64,000 nucleotides of DNA from Somniosus microcephalus (taxonomy: Eukaryota). The stretch lies in contig CM126222.1 of the NCBI GenBank assembly GCA_052327205.1, positions 47,306,001 to 47,370,000 of the forward strand, written 5' to 3'. Shown in pieces: positions 1 to 12,306 of this stretch. Numbering within the stretch: the stretch's first letter is position 1; every line of letters starts with the position of its first letter. Below the pieces are notes generated by a model. The model was not told the DNA's origin. It did no database searches and was given only the letters and a program-made list of their open reading frames with translations. Both the position numbers and the translations under genes were made by a program.

Positions 1-1479
1 GACGCACAGGAAACCACACAATACCCTGGCCGGTGGAAGGACTAGTCATCTCATGTTTGCATCAGAAAAAAATGTGCTAAATGCTCCCATCAAAATTCAG
101 TTTCCCTTCGTTGTCAAGGACAAAGAATGATAAGCACGCTTGGGAAACAGCTTATTTCATTTGCCAACAGCATCCAGACTTCTAAAAAACATTATAAAAA
201 TTCACAGAAGTTAACCACTGCCTTACAAATGCTGCTTTTCAATCACTGCCCTGCTATCAAGCTAAAATCGTTCGGTTTTCTCACTGAAACAAAATGCAGA
301 TTAAGCAAATTGTATTTCTTCAAAATGCGTGACTTGAGGCAAAAGTGTCCTTGTTGCGGTTGCATAATGTACCAACTAGAAACACACTGAACTCTACACA
401 TTGTCATCACGGTGACTGCCTCAATATGCATTCACAGCTGATTGAGCAGTTCTCAAGTGAATTTGTTACTCAGCTAGGGTTTGATAAACAAACCATTTAA
501 CATGTGCAATCAATGCTGATTTTCAACAGGAAACTATGGTTTGTAAAGCAGGAAAGGGATTGGTTTTATTTAATTTTTATATGCATCACATATCATGTCT
601 TCAGATAACTGTTCCTGTCAAGCTCAGGTGCGCATCTCCCTCAAGGGACGAAACCTGCCACGGCTGTGCTAACTGTGTATTCTTAACTCCAGGGTAGGGA
701 CTTCCTTCCCTATTGTTCCCATGATGTACAACTAGGCACAAGGCCATCACAGGATTATTTCTGGCTAAGGAACGCTGTCAGCTGTGAGAGCTCATACTTT
801 TCTCTTTCCAGCTTTTATTATATTGCTTGGAATTCCTCTAAAATAGTTTGTTGTCAGGGCAGCTTCTCATCTTTTGCCATTTGCCCCATTTCGAACACAT
901 GGAAATATATTAGTTAACCGCCCCCTGGGTTAACTATCATAATGAGCAGTCTATTAAAATGCTCATATGATGCTTAATAAAATATTGCTTCTGGCATTCC
1001 CTTCAATTCCTTTTTTTCTCCCCGATTTTATGTAAAAAAAAGTAATGAGGTAGTAACTACATTTAGAATTTGTGTGTGCTTTTTAAACATAATGGTCCAG
1101 GTCATTAGAAGCAATTTTGGGCGACAACACGAAGACTCGTTTAAATGACCTGACAGATGTGCTAACGGTTCCCTCGAGTCACTCCAGCTCAGTGTTCTTG
1201 CACAAAGCACTTCCTCCCTGAGCTACCTTGACAACGACACACACACAGAACAATGGGTTTCTGAGCCTGCGGAACATCACAGAAAACCTTTTCTGGAACA
1301 CCCCGCCGCAACACAAACCATTTGTAATTAAAAAAAACATTTATATCACAACAAAAGTGTAAACAAAAGACACCTGGAGGTCATATTGGAAATACTTATC
1401 AAGCAAGCATACGCAATATCAGAACGCATTTGTAGTTTAATTGCTGTTGAATTATCCTATCCTATCTGGCTCTTGCCAA

Positions 1480-2150
1480 AATTGCACAGCTTTGCCTCCG
1501 ACTCCATTCCTCTCCCTGGCTGCCGGCTCAGTCTAAGCCGGACAGTGCACAATCTCTGTGCCCTGCTTGACCCAGACCTAAGATTCAAATCCTATGTCCT
1601 AACCAATACAAAGATCACTTATTTTCACCTCTGCAGCCGCCTTTGCCCTAAATCACCTCACTTTATCCAGACTTTATTACTCCAATGCTCACCTTGCTAG
1701 TCTCCGAGTTCTGCTCTTCATAAATTGCAAATCACAATTCCGTCACCCGCATCCTACCTCTCTCGAAATCCTGCTCCTCTATTAATCCTGTCCTTGCTTT
1801 GCCTCATTGACTCCCTATGCATCAACTTCAAAATCCTTGACTTCATCTGCATGTCCCTTCACGGCCTCACCCCCTCCCTACCTCTGCAACCTCCTTCAGC
1901 CCCACATTCTAGGCTGCAATCGCTGCTCTTCTGACTCTGGCCTCAATCCTTCCCTCCACTGCACTACCTGTCTTGGCCCCTTCTTAAATACTTTCGCCTT
2001 GCTACCTCTCTCCTCATTCAAAAGCCTCCTCAAAGCCGATTTGGTCACCATCCTATCCTTACACTGCTGCTCAATGTCTGGTTATTTTTGCCTCTGTAAA
2101 GGGCTTTGAATGTTTTATTTGGGTTAACGGTGCTAATTAAGTGCAAGTCG
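1480..2150 (+). mobile_element. Decayed L2 LINE 3' fragment
   Basis: Residual L2 ORF2 C-terminal wording (DSIPLPGCRL...VHNL...LDPDL). C/T-rich body. L2-type tail ctgtaaagggctttg...ggtgctaattaagtgcaagtcgtt. Confidence 0.7.
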
Positions 2151-2539
2151 TTCAGTAACATCGTGCACGTCTGATATCACTAAATTTTATCCAAACAAAT
2201 GTCCTTTTCTAACTAATGTTTGGATTACAATCTGCAAAGGAAACATTTTGGTCACTTTATATTTTTACTGATCAAACACTTGCTCTGGCATGTTACCACT
2301 GACATGCCTTCCTGTCCTGTCACTATCAATGGGCAATAATCTATGGTCATTTAAATCACTGGCTTCTAACATACAGATAACTGACTACAGCCAAGCAGTC
2401 ATAAAACTAATGCTGACTATACGACTAGATAATGACAAAATCAAGCTTATGTTACAAAAGTGCCTTCTATGGGCAAATAACTTGCAAGGCAAAAAGAAGG
2501 AAACAAAGATTTAATACAATTTGCTGAAAGCAATAATAA

Positions 2540-2695
2540 ACTGGTTATAACAACAGAAAACGCTGGAAAAACTCAGCAGGCCAGGGCAGCATCCGTGGAG
2601 AGAGAAACAGAGTTAACGTTTCAGGTCGAAGACCCTTCGTCAGAACTGGAAAAAAAGCAGGAAAAGGGATAGATTTTAAAGCAAGTGGGGGCTGG
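2540..2695 (-). mobile_element. Penelope-like element terminal fragment
   Basis: acagaaaacgctggaaaaactcagcagg...gttaacgtttcaggtcgaagaccc matches the start of the Penelope insert at 27815, which carries GIY-YIG C-terminal coding remnants. Confidence 0.65.
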
Positions 2696-3932
2696 TTATG
2701 TAGCTTCACTATTTTGTGCATTTACTAATTTACTAATTTTTTTCATTTGCTTTGATATTAATATAGGTTGAGGATGAGGGAAGAAATGCAGAATGAGATA
2801 CAACACGAGGGGTCTGTCAGGGATACAGTGCGGGACAAGGCACAAGTGCCGTTACTCATGTCCTTGAACCTAGCAAAGGCACCAGGTAGAAGCAAAATGG
2901 AGCGTGGACTCCTTGATATCAATTGATAAATGGCTGGATGCCAAGAAGCATTTAATCAAATCAATACCAAGACAAGTAAGTACACATGGCTCAGTTGGCA
3001 AAACAAAACCGAAATAGTTTACTCTCCAGGCTTCTGCACGTGTCTGTAGTATTATACGCAGGCGGTGCAGCAATTACGGACAGGACTCAATCAAGCAAGT
3101 AATGATGGGACATGAACAGGAACATGTACAAAAGGAACAATTCTTCAATTTCACACACTGCCATTCTATCAAAGCTGGTTTGAGTCATACTGCCGGGCCG
3201 CTCTCCTGCCTGTTTCAACGTTGCTTGGTATTTCCTCTTTCAAATGAATGTAACCAGTTTCAGTAAGCCTACAAACAGTGCTTTCAATTAAATACTGAAA
3301 CTTCATTACAATATAAATTGCCATATTTAAAAACTTATTTTTAATGCATTTACTCTCAAAGGAACTGAGATAAAAAGCCTTTATTTATGATGAATGTTGG
3401 ATCTTACTTTTGTTATAAACTTTTGGCAGTAGAAGGTAATATATTGTACTAATGATGGAATTGTTACTCAACTTCAGAATTACAATCTGTAATTCTGTAA
3501 AACTCAAGTGTGGATCCCATTGAAAAGCGAGTTTACATATTTATAAAGTTTTAAGCATTACCCATGCACAATGTTTATGAATCATGTGATTACCATCGAA
3601 GTAAAATTAACAACTGCTTCTCCCCTAAGCTACTAGACGCTGAACTTCCATTGACAGTATCATACGACACAGATTTATTAGTTGTTAAAGATTTGCTTTG
3701 TAGTAATATATATACACAACTTAATTCATGTAAAAAGATTTTAAAAATTCATTGAGATCTGTAAAGTTTCCAGTTTTCTAAAGAAGGATTTTACGAACAG
3801 TGCAAAAGGTGACAAAAGCATTTCACTTGCACTTTGCAAAGGAATGTGAATGGGCGGTATCAGAGGGTGGAGACACCCAGGTACAACTCAACCAATCACA
3901 GTTTCTATGGAACGAGTGAGAAAAATTCTCAC

Positions 3933-4481
3933 CGGGCTGCTCTCGCACTCTTCTCAGCAGATGGCTCAAGAGCAACAGTGATGCAGGCTGGAAGCAGATC
4001 GACTGCCCCACCCCCACAGGAGAAGTCCACATGGTCCACGGAGACCAGAAACGGAGCAAAAAAGAGCACAACATGCGAAATAAATATACATGCACAAACA
4101 TTCAATAAGGGCTTACAAGAGATCAGAGGAAGGTGCCACAGTATATCATATTAAATCTACCTTTTTGTTATGCTTCATTATATAGTGCTATAATGCAACA
4201 TTGTCTTATTGCTGCCTGTTAAAAACTTAGATATTTTTTAAATCTTAGTGGTGAGTTGTGTAGATGTTAGAATGAGGACCCATCAGTTTCCTTTGAGAAA
4301 CACTGCCATGTAATATAAAGCAGGCAGCTTCAGGAAACATAATGCAGGTGCACAGAGATAACAGTTTGCAGAAAACGTTAAATTAAGGATTGTAAGTTTA
4401 TTCTGCGTTATGAAGAATGAAGGAACTTCCGAAAGTAAATGTTTGGACAACCTTGACATACTTCTGTAACATGGTGATGGT
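3933..4481 (-). other. Candidate exon region(s) of an unidentified minus-strand host transcript
   Basis: Strong acceptor (tggttaatttttcttacag|ACC at 4481) with an upstream CTAAT branch-like motif. Donor CCG|gtgaga at 3933. Unique sequence. An ATG-initiated frame MLCSFLLRFWSPWTMWTSPVG...VREQP runs into the donor. Product not recognised. Confidence 0.3.
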
Positions 4482-6429
4482 CTGTAAGAAAAATTAACCA
4501 CACACAACACAGCACACACACAAGCGGCAACGGATTAGTGATAATGGATGCTTCTAATGGAGCCACAATTTTCCTCAGCCGCTGTATACATTTAAAATAT
4601 ACATAATATATGGCATTGCAACTGAGACTTTGAAGATGGTTAAGACTGAGGTAATTTATGCAGCTGTCATAACTATCAAACAACCACTGAAAATCTTTCA
4701 TTACCAACCACCGGATTTCTAATAAAGAAATCACATAACTATTCTTGGTCATTTGTTTGGCCATTTATGCTTTGTTATGGAGTTGAAGAGAAGGAAGAGA
4801 GAGAAATTGTAATTAGTAAGCTTTTGCTTATAATGTTCTATTAGTCAGAGGTTGGAGAACAGATTTGCCCATTATTTCAATCAGGTAATGGAACAGTGCA
4901 TGGCATGAAGAGGCCAATATTTCGGGAACAGAAGGGGAAGAAATAACTTTGGAAAGATAGTTTTAAAAATATGTCTCCACTTCTTTTTGGTCTCAAATAC
5001 ATCCCTGCATGACAGCTTAAACAGATAAACATCTGGCAACATCAACACAATTTGCATTTACATAGTGCCTTTAACGTAGAAAAACATCTCTCCTTGGAAA
5101 TCGGCTGCTGGGAAGTGAATCAATGCAGTAAGGAATCACTCTCCTTTCCATCTTATTTTGTCCCTCCACAGCACCTCCCTAACAGCACGACTGATAGCAT
5201 GAACTCAACATGTGTGGGATGATGGGCTCAAAGCTATCTATGTCTTACTACTCATTGGATTCCAATGTCACCACACCAGTCCACTTGAAAAACTGCTTCT
5301 TTTTTTCCTTATATGTTGAAAGTACCAATTGAATATTACACATATATTTCATACACATGTATTGTCCCTAAAATGTTAAATCTTTTTATCTTCATTTACA
5401 AACATTCTGTTATTTATGTGCTGTACCACTCTGATGGAGTCCACGATTGTCATGGTTTTTACATGATGATTCTACAGAACGCAAATGTAAAAATACAGAA
5501 TATAAAGAGAAAGCACATTGACTTTTTTGAACGGCACGTACAATGCTGCAAAACAAAATGAAAGATTAAAATAACACAATAATGTCTTCTTAAGTTAACA
5601 TGACCAAACAGTTTTCAACAAGTTGGATGAATGAGTAATTCAACCAGTTTCTTTTTCCTGCAGTTGTACTGTCCCAAACATTGAGCATTTATAATTTAGA
5701 CAAAACCTTTAGCTCCTGGCGCTAATGATGAATTCTAACTGCTGATGTACAATGAACCAAATCTGTTAAATTCAATACCTCTTCTGGGACACATTGAAAC
5801 ATGGGAGCAGTTGGCGCTCGGTATTACAACCAGAACTCACGGGCTACTATAACCTGCAGCTGAAGTGTGGAGATGAGCTGATGCTCTTTCAAATTCAAGT
5901 TCAAATCTGAACGTAGGAGTTTGAATGCATTAAAAATATTTATTGCATTAGCAAATGTCACACAAATCGCAGGATACATCCATCATAGCTTGCATTACAG
6001 AAAAAAAATCCCAAGAGTGCTTTTTAAACTTTCAGATGACAAAAAATCAGAATTCAACAGCTTTATTTTTAGTAGCATTTTACTACAAGTGGAATTGTTT
6101 CTGCAGGGAGAGCTACTCTGGGAGCATTTAATCTTTTGAGTGCTACAGTAGCAGCTTCCCCCAAAACAAAATTACAATTTGTTCCGAAAGTACAATGAGT
6201 AATGCATGTTTCACTTTTTAAAAACACTCAGTACGAGAATTTGGCAGATATCCAACTGAGAGATTTTAGGGAAACGATGAATTTGAAAAGATGAAGAAAA
6301 AAGGCTTTGCAACAGCTGAAGAGTTAATGAAAAAAATTGCTCATCTCCCTGAAGGTGATTTATATTATTATATATTTGATGCCCTAAAATAAATGGGAAA
6401 ATTTCACATTGTTCAACAATACTTTGAAA

Positions 6430-6650
6430 AATATCAGCTCAAAGTCCCAGGTTTATTCCCTGGTCTAATAGGTCAGCTGTGGGAATAGGGATGTCATAAT
6501 TGGTCTCAGTGGCCCTTGGTTGGGGGTGGAAATCAGCCTGGGTTATTTGGATTTTGGTTGTAATGTCAGCTTCCTTTAATAGCTGAGTGTAATGGTGCAT
6601 AGCTGCTGCCTGCAGACCCAGACCGCAGCACAATTAACACCTTCAGGAAC
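6430..6650 (+). mobile_element. Ancient tRNA-derived SINE fragment (AmnSINE2-like family)
   Basis: cccaggtttattccctggtct...aattggtctcagtggccc...aaatcagcc aligns by eye with the copies at 50850-51205 and 17000-17350. Confidence 0.5.
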
Positions 6651-6909
6651 GAAGCAGAGAAAATTAAATCAAGAGAAAAAAAATGACAAACCTCTATCAG
6701 TTATATTTGAAAGCAGGAACCAGGCCATTTTTCAATGTCAATTTAGATGTAGTCACCTTAGGTGCATGCCACATACTAAGCGTAAGCGGCTGAGCATATA
6801 TAATCTTTCTAATTCTGGCTCAATGTCCTTAGGTTTATCTGTGAAGTGCCCGGGGACTTTTTTTTTAAATATTAAAAGCGCTATATAAATGCAATTTGTT
6901 CTTTATGAT

Positions 6910-7270
6910 GAGACTGACCCTGTACATACTGGAGGTCCACATAAGTACACTTTGAGCAGGGGTCACTAACTGATTTATTTCCTTAGCAGTGCAGGAGTTG
7001 CTAAGGACAACTGTATCACTCCCTTTGCTCCCATGGCTAAGGTGAAAATAATTCAGCACAGACTCGGGATTCAGTGTGGCTCTGGGACATTCCTGGTCTA
7101 TATATGGCTCAGTAGCAATTGAGCCATTGAGGGAGCTCATGTATTTATATTTTATATATACTATAAGAATGCATAACACAGCATAGACCCATGAAGTGAA
7201 GCTCTGAATCTTCCTGAACTGTTTGACTGAGTGCCATACTGGCCAGCACACTGAGCTACTAGGGGCATTT
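6910..7270 (-). mobile_element. Ancient tRNA-derived SINE fragments (same family)
   Basis: The reverse complement contains gtgacccctgc and gtctgtgctgaatt plus head-like segments. Two head-like pieces suggest two fragments. Confidence 0.5.
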
Positions 7271-7654
7271 CACATTAAAATTTTAAATAATATATATACT
7301 TACTGTTCTCCTCATCAGGGAACTTCAGGACTGATGTCACAAAGCACTTAAATGTTCTTCCGAGTAGAAAAAACAAAGTTAGATGCTGTGAGATGGAAAC
7401 CATAAATTTCTATGGAAGGAGTAGCTAGATGGGCCAAATGGCCTTCTGATCTGTACTTATCCTTGTGATTTAAAGGAAAATGGGCTGAAGAACACTTTGC
7501 GTTTCGCTGAAGAGCATATCTCCTGTTGGATTGGAAATATCTTCAATTTAGTGAATGACTAACATTCCTATAGAGAACTGACATTTGCATCGCAGCTTGC
7601 ACCTAGTCACTGTTGGCATATTCCAGGTATCCTGGAGCAGCTCAATTCAGTTGC

Positions 7655-8095
7655 TCAAGGATTAGATTATGAGGAGAGATTACATAAACTAGTCTTGTAT
7701 TCCCTGGAATATAGAAGATAATTTGATTGAGGTTTTTAGGATTTTGAAAAGAATTGATTGGGTAGATAGAGAGAAACTTTTTCCGCTGGTGGGGGAGTCT
7801 AGGATAAGGGGACATAACCTTAAAATCAGAGTCAGGCCATTCAGGAGAGAGGTTAGGAACCACTTCTTCACGCAATGGGTGGTCGAAGTGTGGAACTCTC
7901 TCCCACAATAAGCAGTCGATGCGAGCTCAATTAATAATTCTAACTCTGAGATTGATAGATTTTTGCTAGACAAGGATATAAAAAGATATGGAGCTAAGGC
8001 AGGTGGATGGAGTGAAGATACAGATCAGCCATGATCTCATTGAATGGCGAAACAGGCTCGAGGGGCTGAATGGCCTAACTCCCGTTCTTATGTTC
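7655..8095 (+). mobile_element. CR1/L3 LINE 3' end
   Basis: ORF 7723-7911 (IEVFRIL...RGHNLKI...FFTQWVVEVWNSLP) is the CR1 ORF2 C-terminus. CR1 3'UTR and ttcttatgttc tail follow. Confidence 0.92.
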
Positions 8096-8639
8096 ATTGG
8101 CAAAGAAGTCAGCGCTTTGTACCAGCCGGGAAGGAAAATAAACACCAGCTGAATGTTTGTAGAATCATTAATCCTTCATCGTATATCCATTTACAGTAGA
8201 TTTTTCTACAGATCCCCCACAATTTTAGAAAATAGACGTTTTCCTTCTCTTATAATAAAGCTTTCCTTGACTGAGAAAGCCCAGATTGGCGATACCGCCC
8301 CAGATCGCTGCCATTGTGAATCTACAAGAACATATTTGAGACCTTGAAATAACATGCCCCAACTGTACCTCTTTCTTATTGTGCTGCCCCTTCTCTGGCC
8401 CCACAGTGTGAGAACAGTATTGTAAGAAAATGAAAATATTAAAAAGAATTGGTCTGATCCCAAGATAAAAATCTATACTTTTGTTTATCATAGACAAACG
8501 AGTTCTTTGTATTCAAGATCCAACTGATTACGGTGAATACTAGAATCCCTTGATTTCAACCAGACAAAAAACTTAAAAAATATCCTTCAACAACAATTTC
8601 ACTTATATACTGATTTATCATAGTGATCAGATACTGAGG

Positions 8640-8920
8640 AGAAGTTTGGCAGTTCAAAAAAGTAACAAAAGGCCCAGTTGAAGGAGAGGCTTTTGAAAGT
8701 GGGGAGGTTTGTGGTTTAAGAAGGGATGCAATGAAGGCTCTGCCACCAATGGCAGAGGGGAAGAGAACAGCATGCACAGTGGGCTAGAGTTGGAAGAGCA
8801 GAAGGTGCAAGCTGGGATATGGGGCGAGAGAATGTTGCAGAGACAGGGTGGCACATAACAATGGAAATACCTACAGAGAGGAATAAGGATTTTGAAATCA
8901 ATGTGCTGGGGGATGGGGAG
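8640..8920 (-). mobile_element. Decayed L2 LINE fragment
   Basis: Same motifs as the L2 at 52120-53075 (gaaggc...ccaccaatgg; aggattttgaaatcaatg). Confidence 0.55.
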
Positions 8921-9639
8921 CAGTCAGGAGTGTCTGCTGAAGTTCTTCAGTTCTCAAGTTATTCCACTTCTGTCATTTTTAGATGGACAGACAAATGAAC
9001 CGGACCACCCATAAGGTTGGAAGAAGTGGCAATTTTATCTTAAAAACATACTTCCACCACAATAGAATAATTGCGCTAACCACAAAAAATTACCGTTAAT
9101 AACTACAAAATCTCATCTTCCAATAGCTGCTCATGTTTTGCATTAAGTACCTCTGCTTTCGAAGTGTCCTGATACAAGGTTCTAATGTGGAATTTCTCTC
9201 CAGAGCTTTGCAAAGCCTCAAAATAATGTGAAACTGTTGCTTTTTGTGGAGTACTTGGTCCCATCCCAAGGAAACAATGATAGCTTGAAACTTCTAAATC
9301 CCAAGGTGTCTCTCAGGAATAGAAAAAGTTAAATTTAATTACAGAAAATCCTGAGAGCATTGAGAACTCCAAAGCATGACTTTTCAATTTACCATTAAGG
9401 CCAACTAATAACCATTTAGTTAAGGAAAATACGAACAAATGTCAGTCACAGGAAATTAAAATTTCATGGATAGTTATTTCTGCAAATCTCAAAATATTTT
9501 TCAGTGACACATTATTTCCCAGACAAATTATAAGTCTAATCTCGCTGTATAAGCCAAAGGTCATTTAGCTTTTAATTTGGAGATGTTTTGGGGGGGAAAA
9601 TGGACAATAAAACATTGTAAGCGGCAGAATGACTGATAA

Positions 9640-9820
9640 CCATAGACTATGCTGCCTCCACCATAGCTTGATGGGTAAATGCAACATATGGGAATGGGAG
9701 GGGTGCAGTTCTGTACACACGAGGGAGGCCCCAATGCCATGATCTGCACTCAGTTGACCCATCTCAGCCTGGGCTGGGGACTAATGTACCAGGATTCCAG
9801 CCCAGATCGCTATTCAATGA
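9640..9820 (+). mobile_element. Ancient SINE fragment (AmnSINE2-like family)
   Basis: gatctgcactcagttgacccatctcagcc and cagatcgctattcaatga resemble the family core seen at 17000-17350. Confidence 0.45.
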
Positions 9821-10168
9821 GCTTTGTATAAGAATGGTTCAGCTTTGAAATCCCACATGACTGAATAACTTAATAGCTGTCTCGGCACACATATGAAAAG
9901 GGGGTGGGGGGATGCCAGAGGATCACTATCAGCTATGGAACAATACTCCTGCATCAGACACCGGATAGAAGGGAGAGATAAATCATTGTATAGTTTTGTG
10001 CTTTTTTTATTAAGCCAAGAGCTGCTCTTCCATCTGTAAGAAGTCCCAGCAGCAACACTGCATGCTTGCAAACCTCCAGCAGTAATGTTTCAAACGCTGC
10101 ATTGTTACGTACAATGTAAATGACTAAGTGTATTCCTGTCCTCCTACACTCACTCCAAATGTTTTTAA

Positions 10169-10929
10169 TGGCCCGTCATTTCCGAAAGGAGGCTTCCTGC
10201 GTGCGGATACCTCCTATCGGGAAAGAAATCGACGTCCTTACCTGAGGGCTCCAGAGGTGCGGCCATTTCCGATGCTGGGCCTCTCCACAGTCGAAATGCG
10301 TAGGGCCCAGGTATCCCAGGGGCGCAGGCGGTTCGCAAGCGTCCCTGGGATCATGTGGGCCAGGCGAGCCAATGGGAGAAGGGAATCTCCCTTCATACTT
10401 TTGACAGGTAGACCTGTCAAAAGTATGAATGGCGATCACCCCAAAAACACATCAAAAATTAAATAGATTTTTAAAAAACCATCACGTTTTAAAAATGAGT
10501 TAAAATTACAATTAAATATTTTAAACAAAGATTTAATTTTTTGAAAAAAATAATTAAAGTTTTTTACGGGGCTAAAAATAAACTTACCTTTTTTAAAAAG
10601 TATTTAAAAATTATAAATGTGTGAAAAAAATTATTTTTTTACTTTTTTAAAACTCTTATGCTGGTAAAAGCAGGCCTTAAGCCTGCTTTGACCAGGCGTA
10701 AGATTTTTAAGTGTTTTCAGCGGGCGGAGGTTCTGCAGAAAGCGGAACTCTCCCCCCGCAGAGGCCCTTCTCCAGGGCAGGCGGAGGATCTGTCAAGACG
10801 ATTCTTGACAGATCGGAAATACCGGTTTTCAGCGCGTGCACTTCGCATGCCTGAAACCGGCATTTCCGATTTCTCTACGGGTGTGTACACAGCCCGTACA
10901 CACCTGTAGGCATCGGAAAATACGGGCCC
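10169..10929. mobile_element. Non-autonomous PIF/Harbinger-type DNA transposon (MITE family A, copy 1)
   Basis: TIRs GGCCCGTCATTTCCGA ... TCGGAAAATACGGGCC. GC-rich arms around an AT-rich core. Colinear with 22538-23232. Confidence 0.85.
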
Positions 10930-11351
10930 TTATGTTTAAATAAACACAATTATAACACACAGGGCATTTTTGCCAATGAACCTTATGGGTTAAATGAATT
11001 GATCTGCTTGGAATGTTTGAGATTTCAGGTCTGTCCAGATTGAGGTACTTCTGGGAAGTTAGTCATGCAGCAATAACTGCACTCTCACGCAGGAGAAGAG
11101 TACATTGGTTTTAAACTAGAATATTATTCGATTCCAAAGCTTTATTCATGTTGTTTTACGCTGGAAAAATGCCAGAAGAAACAGATGCCCATAAAAGCTT
11201 TGCCCAAATTCCAAAAACAGTCATATCAAAGAGGTTTGTTGACAACTGCGCCACCCACATTTTACTAAGTTGTTGTTTTTGTTTCTTCACACTCTTCACT
11301 TGGAAGGAATAGTGTGAGGTAGTGAAAGGGTTCGCAGGCTGACATAGTCTG

Positions 11352-11583
11352 GGGAAGGCGCCGAACACCTCGAGTCTCTTCGCCGGGAGCAAGCAGAAGC
11401 CAAGCGCAGGCAGCGCAAGGAGCGCACATCAACTTAGGCACCCCACCCACCCGCCCCTTCAACCACCGTCTGCCCCACCTGTGACAGAGACTGTAGGTCC
11501 CGCATTGGACTCATCAGTCACCTGAGAACTCATTTTTAATGTGGAAGCAAGTCATCCTCGGCTCCGAGGGACTGCCCAAGAAG
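11352..11583 (+). mobile_element. RTE-clade LINE 3' end
   Basis: Encodes the RTE C-terminal Cys/His motif region (CPTCDRDC...IGLISHLRTH). Near-identical to the reverse complement of 46081-46290. Putative 6-bp TSD agtctg at 11346-11351 and 11584-11589. Confidence 0.85.
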
Positions 11584-11589
11584 AGTCTG

Positions 11590-11852
11590 ACCGACAGTGT
11601 GAACACGCCTTCCATGGCCCTAACCATCTTTATACCAGCCAATAGGGTGGTTAGTCCTGTATGGCAGAAGGGTTTTATGGGCTCCCACAACCCATACGAT
11701 GAGGGTGGCCTCCCACATCCACCAGACATGAATATCCCACTGGCTGTCAATCCCAAATTCAGAGCTCTGGTCTCCACATGCTGGAGTGGGGTTTGACCCC
11801 TTCACCTTCTGAATCGGAGGCATGAATGCTGCCACACAGCCAAAGGCTCACT
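11590..11852 (-). mobile_element. tRNA-head SINE (interrupted by the RTE insertion)
   Basis: ctggagtggggtttgacccc...accttctgaatcggaggc...cacacagccaaaggct is the reverse complement of a tRNA-derived head with A/B-box remnants. Confidence 0.6.
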
Positions 11853-12306
11853 CCTATTTCACTAAGTTAAGATGATAGTATAGTGAGACGAACAAGGCAA
11901 AGCCCAGGGCTCCACAAGATTTAGGGTTCCTGAAGTTGATTTTTTAAATTCCAGATTTGAGCTTTAGCAAAATCTGCATCCAACATTCTCAGTTAAAATT
12001 TCCGTTCAGCTTTCAAATGTATTCCTGATGTCTTCGGGGAAAACCACAGGGAGAAAAAAATCAAATGAAGGCTTTAATTTTCAATAGATGCAACAGAATT
12101 TTTGTGATTTAAATTGGAGTATTTGCAAATGCTTTACTAATAAATATTCTCAAATTCTACGTGACGTTAAATTTTAATTTAAAATGAGCTTGTTCGATAT
12201 ATATTTTTTAAAAACAAGCTTCAGTCAGTTCCACTTAAGTACATAAAGAAAACATATAACATCTTAACTTTGCCAGTACTGGTTCAAATTAGTAGTTCGA
12301 TTGATT

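Noticed and set aside
7298-7380. Short minus-strand exon (TFKCFVTSVLKFPDEEN|gtaagt)
   Set aside because: Good donor but no convincing acceptor or start, and the peptide is not recognised.
10128-10909. Similar ORFs in MITE copies (e.g. MLVKAGL... at 10658 and 22973) as a conserved small protein
   Set aside because: The similarity is explained by DNA-level repeat homology and GC-rich arms; the frame is not kept in the divergent copy at 60366.
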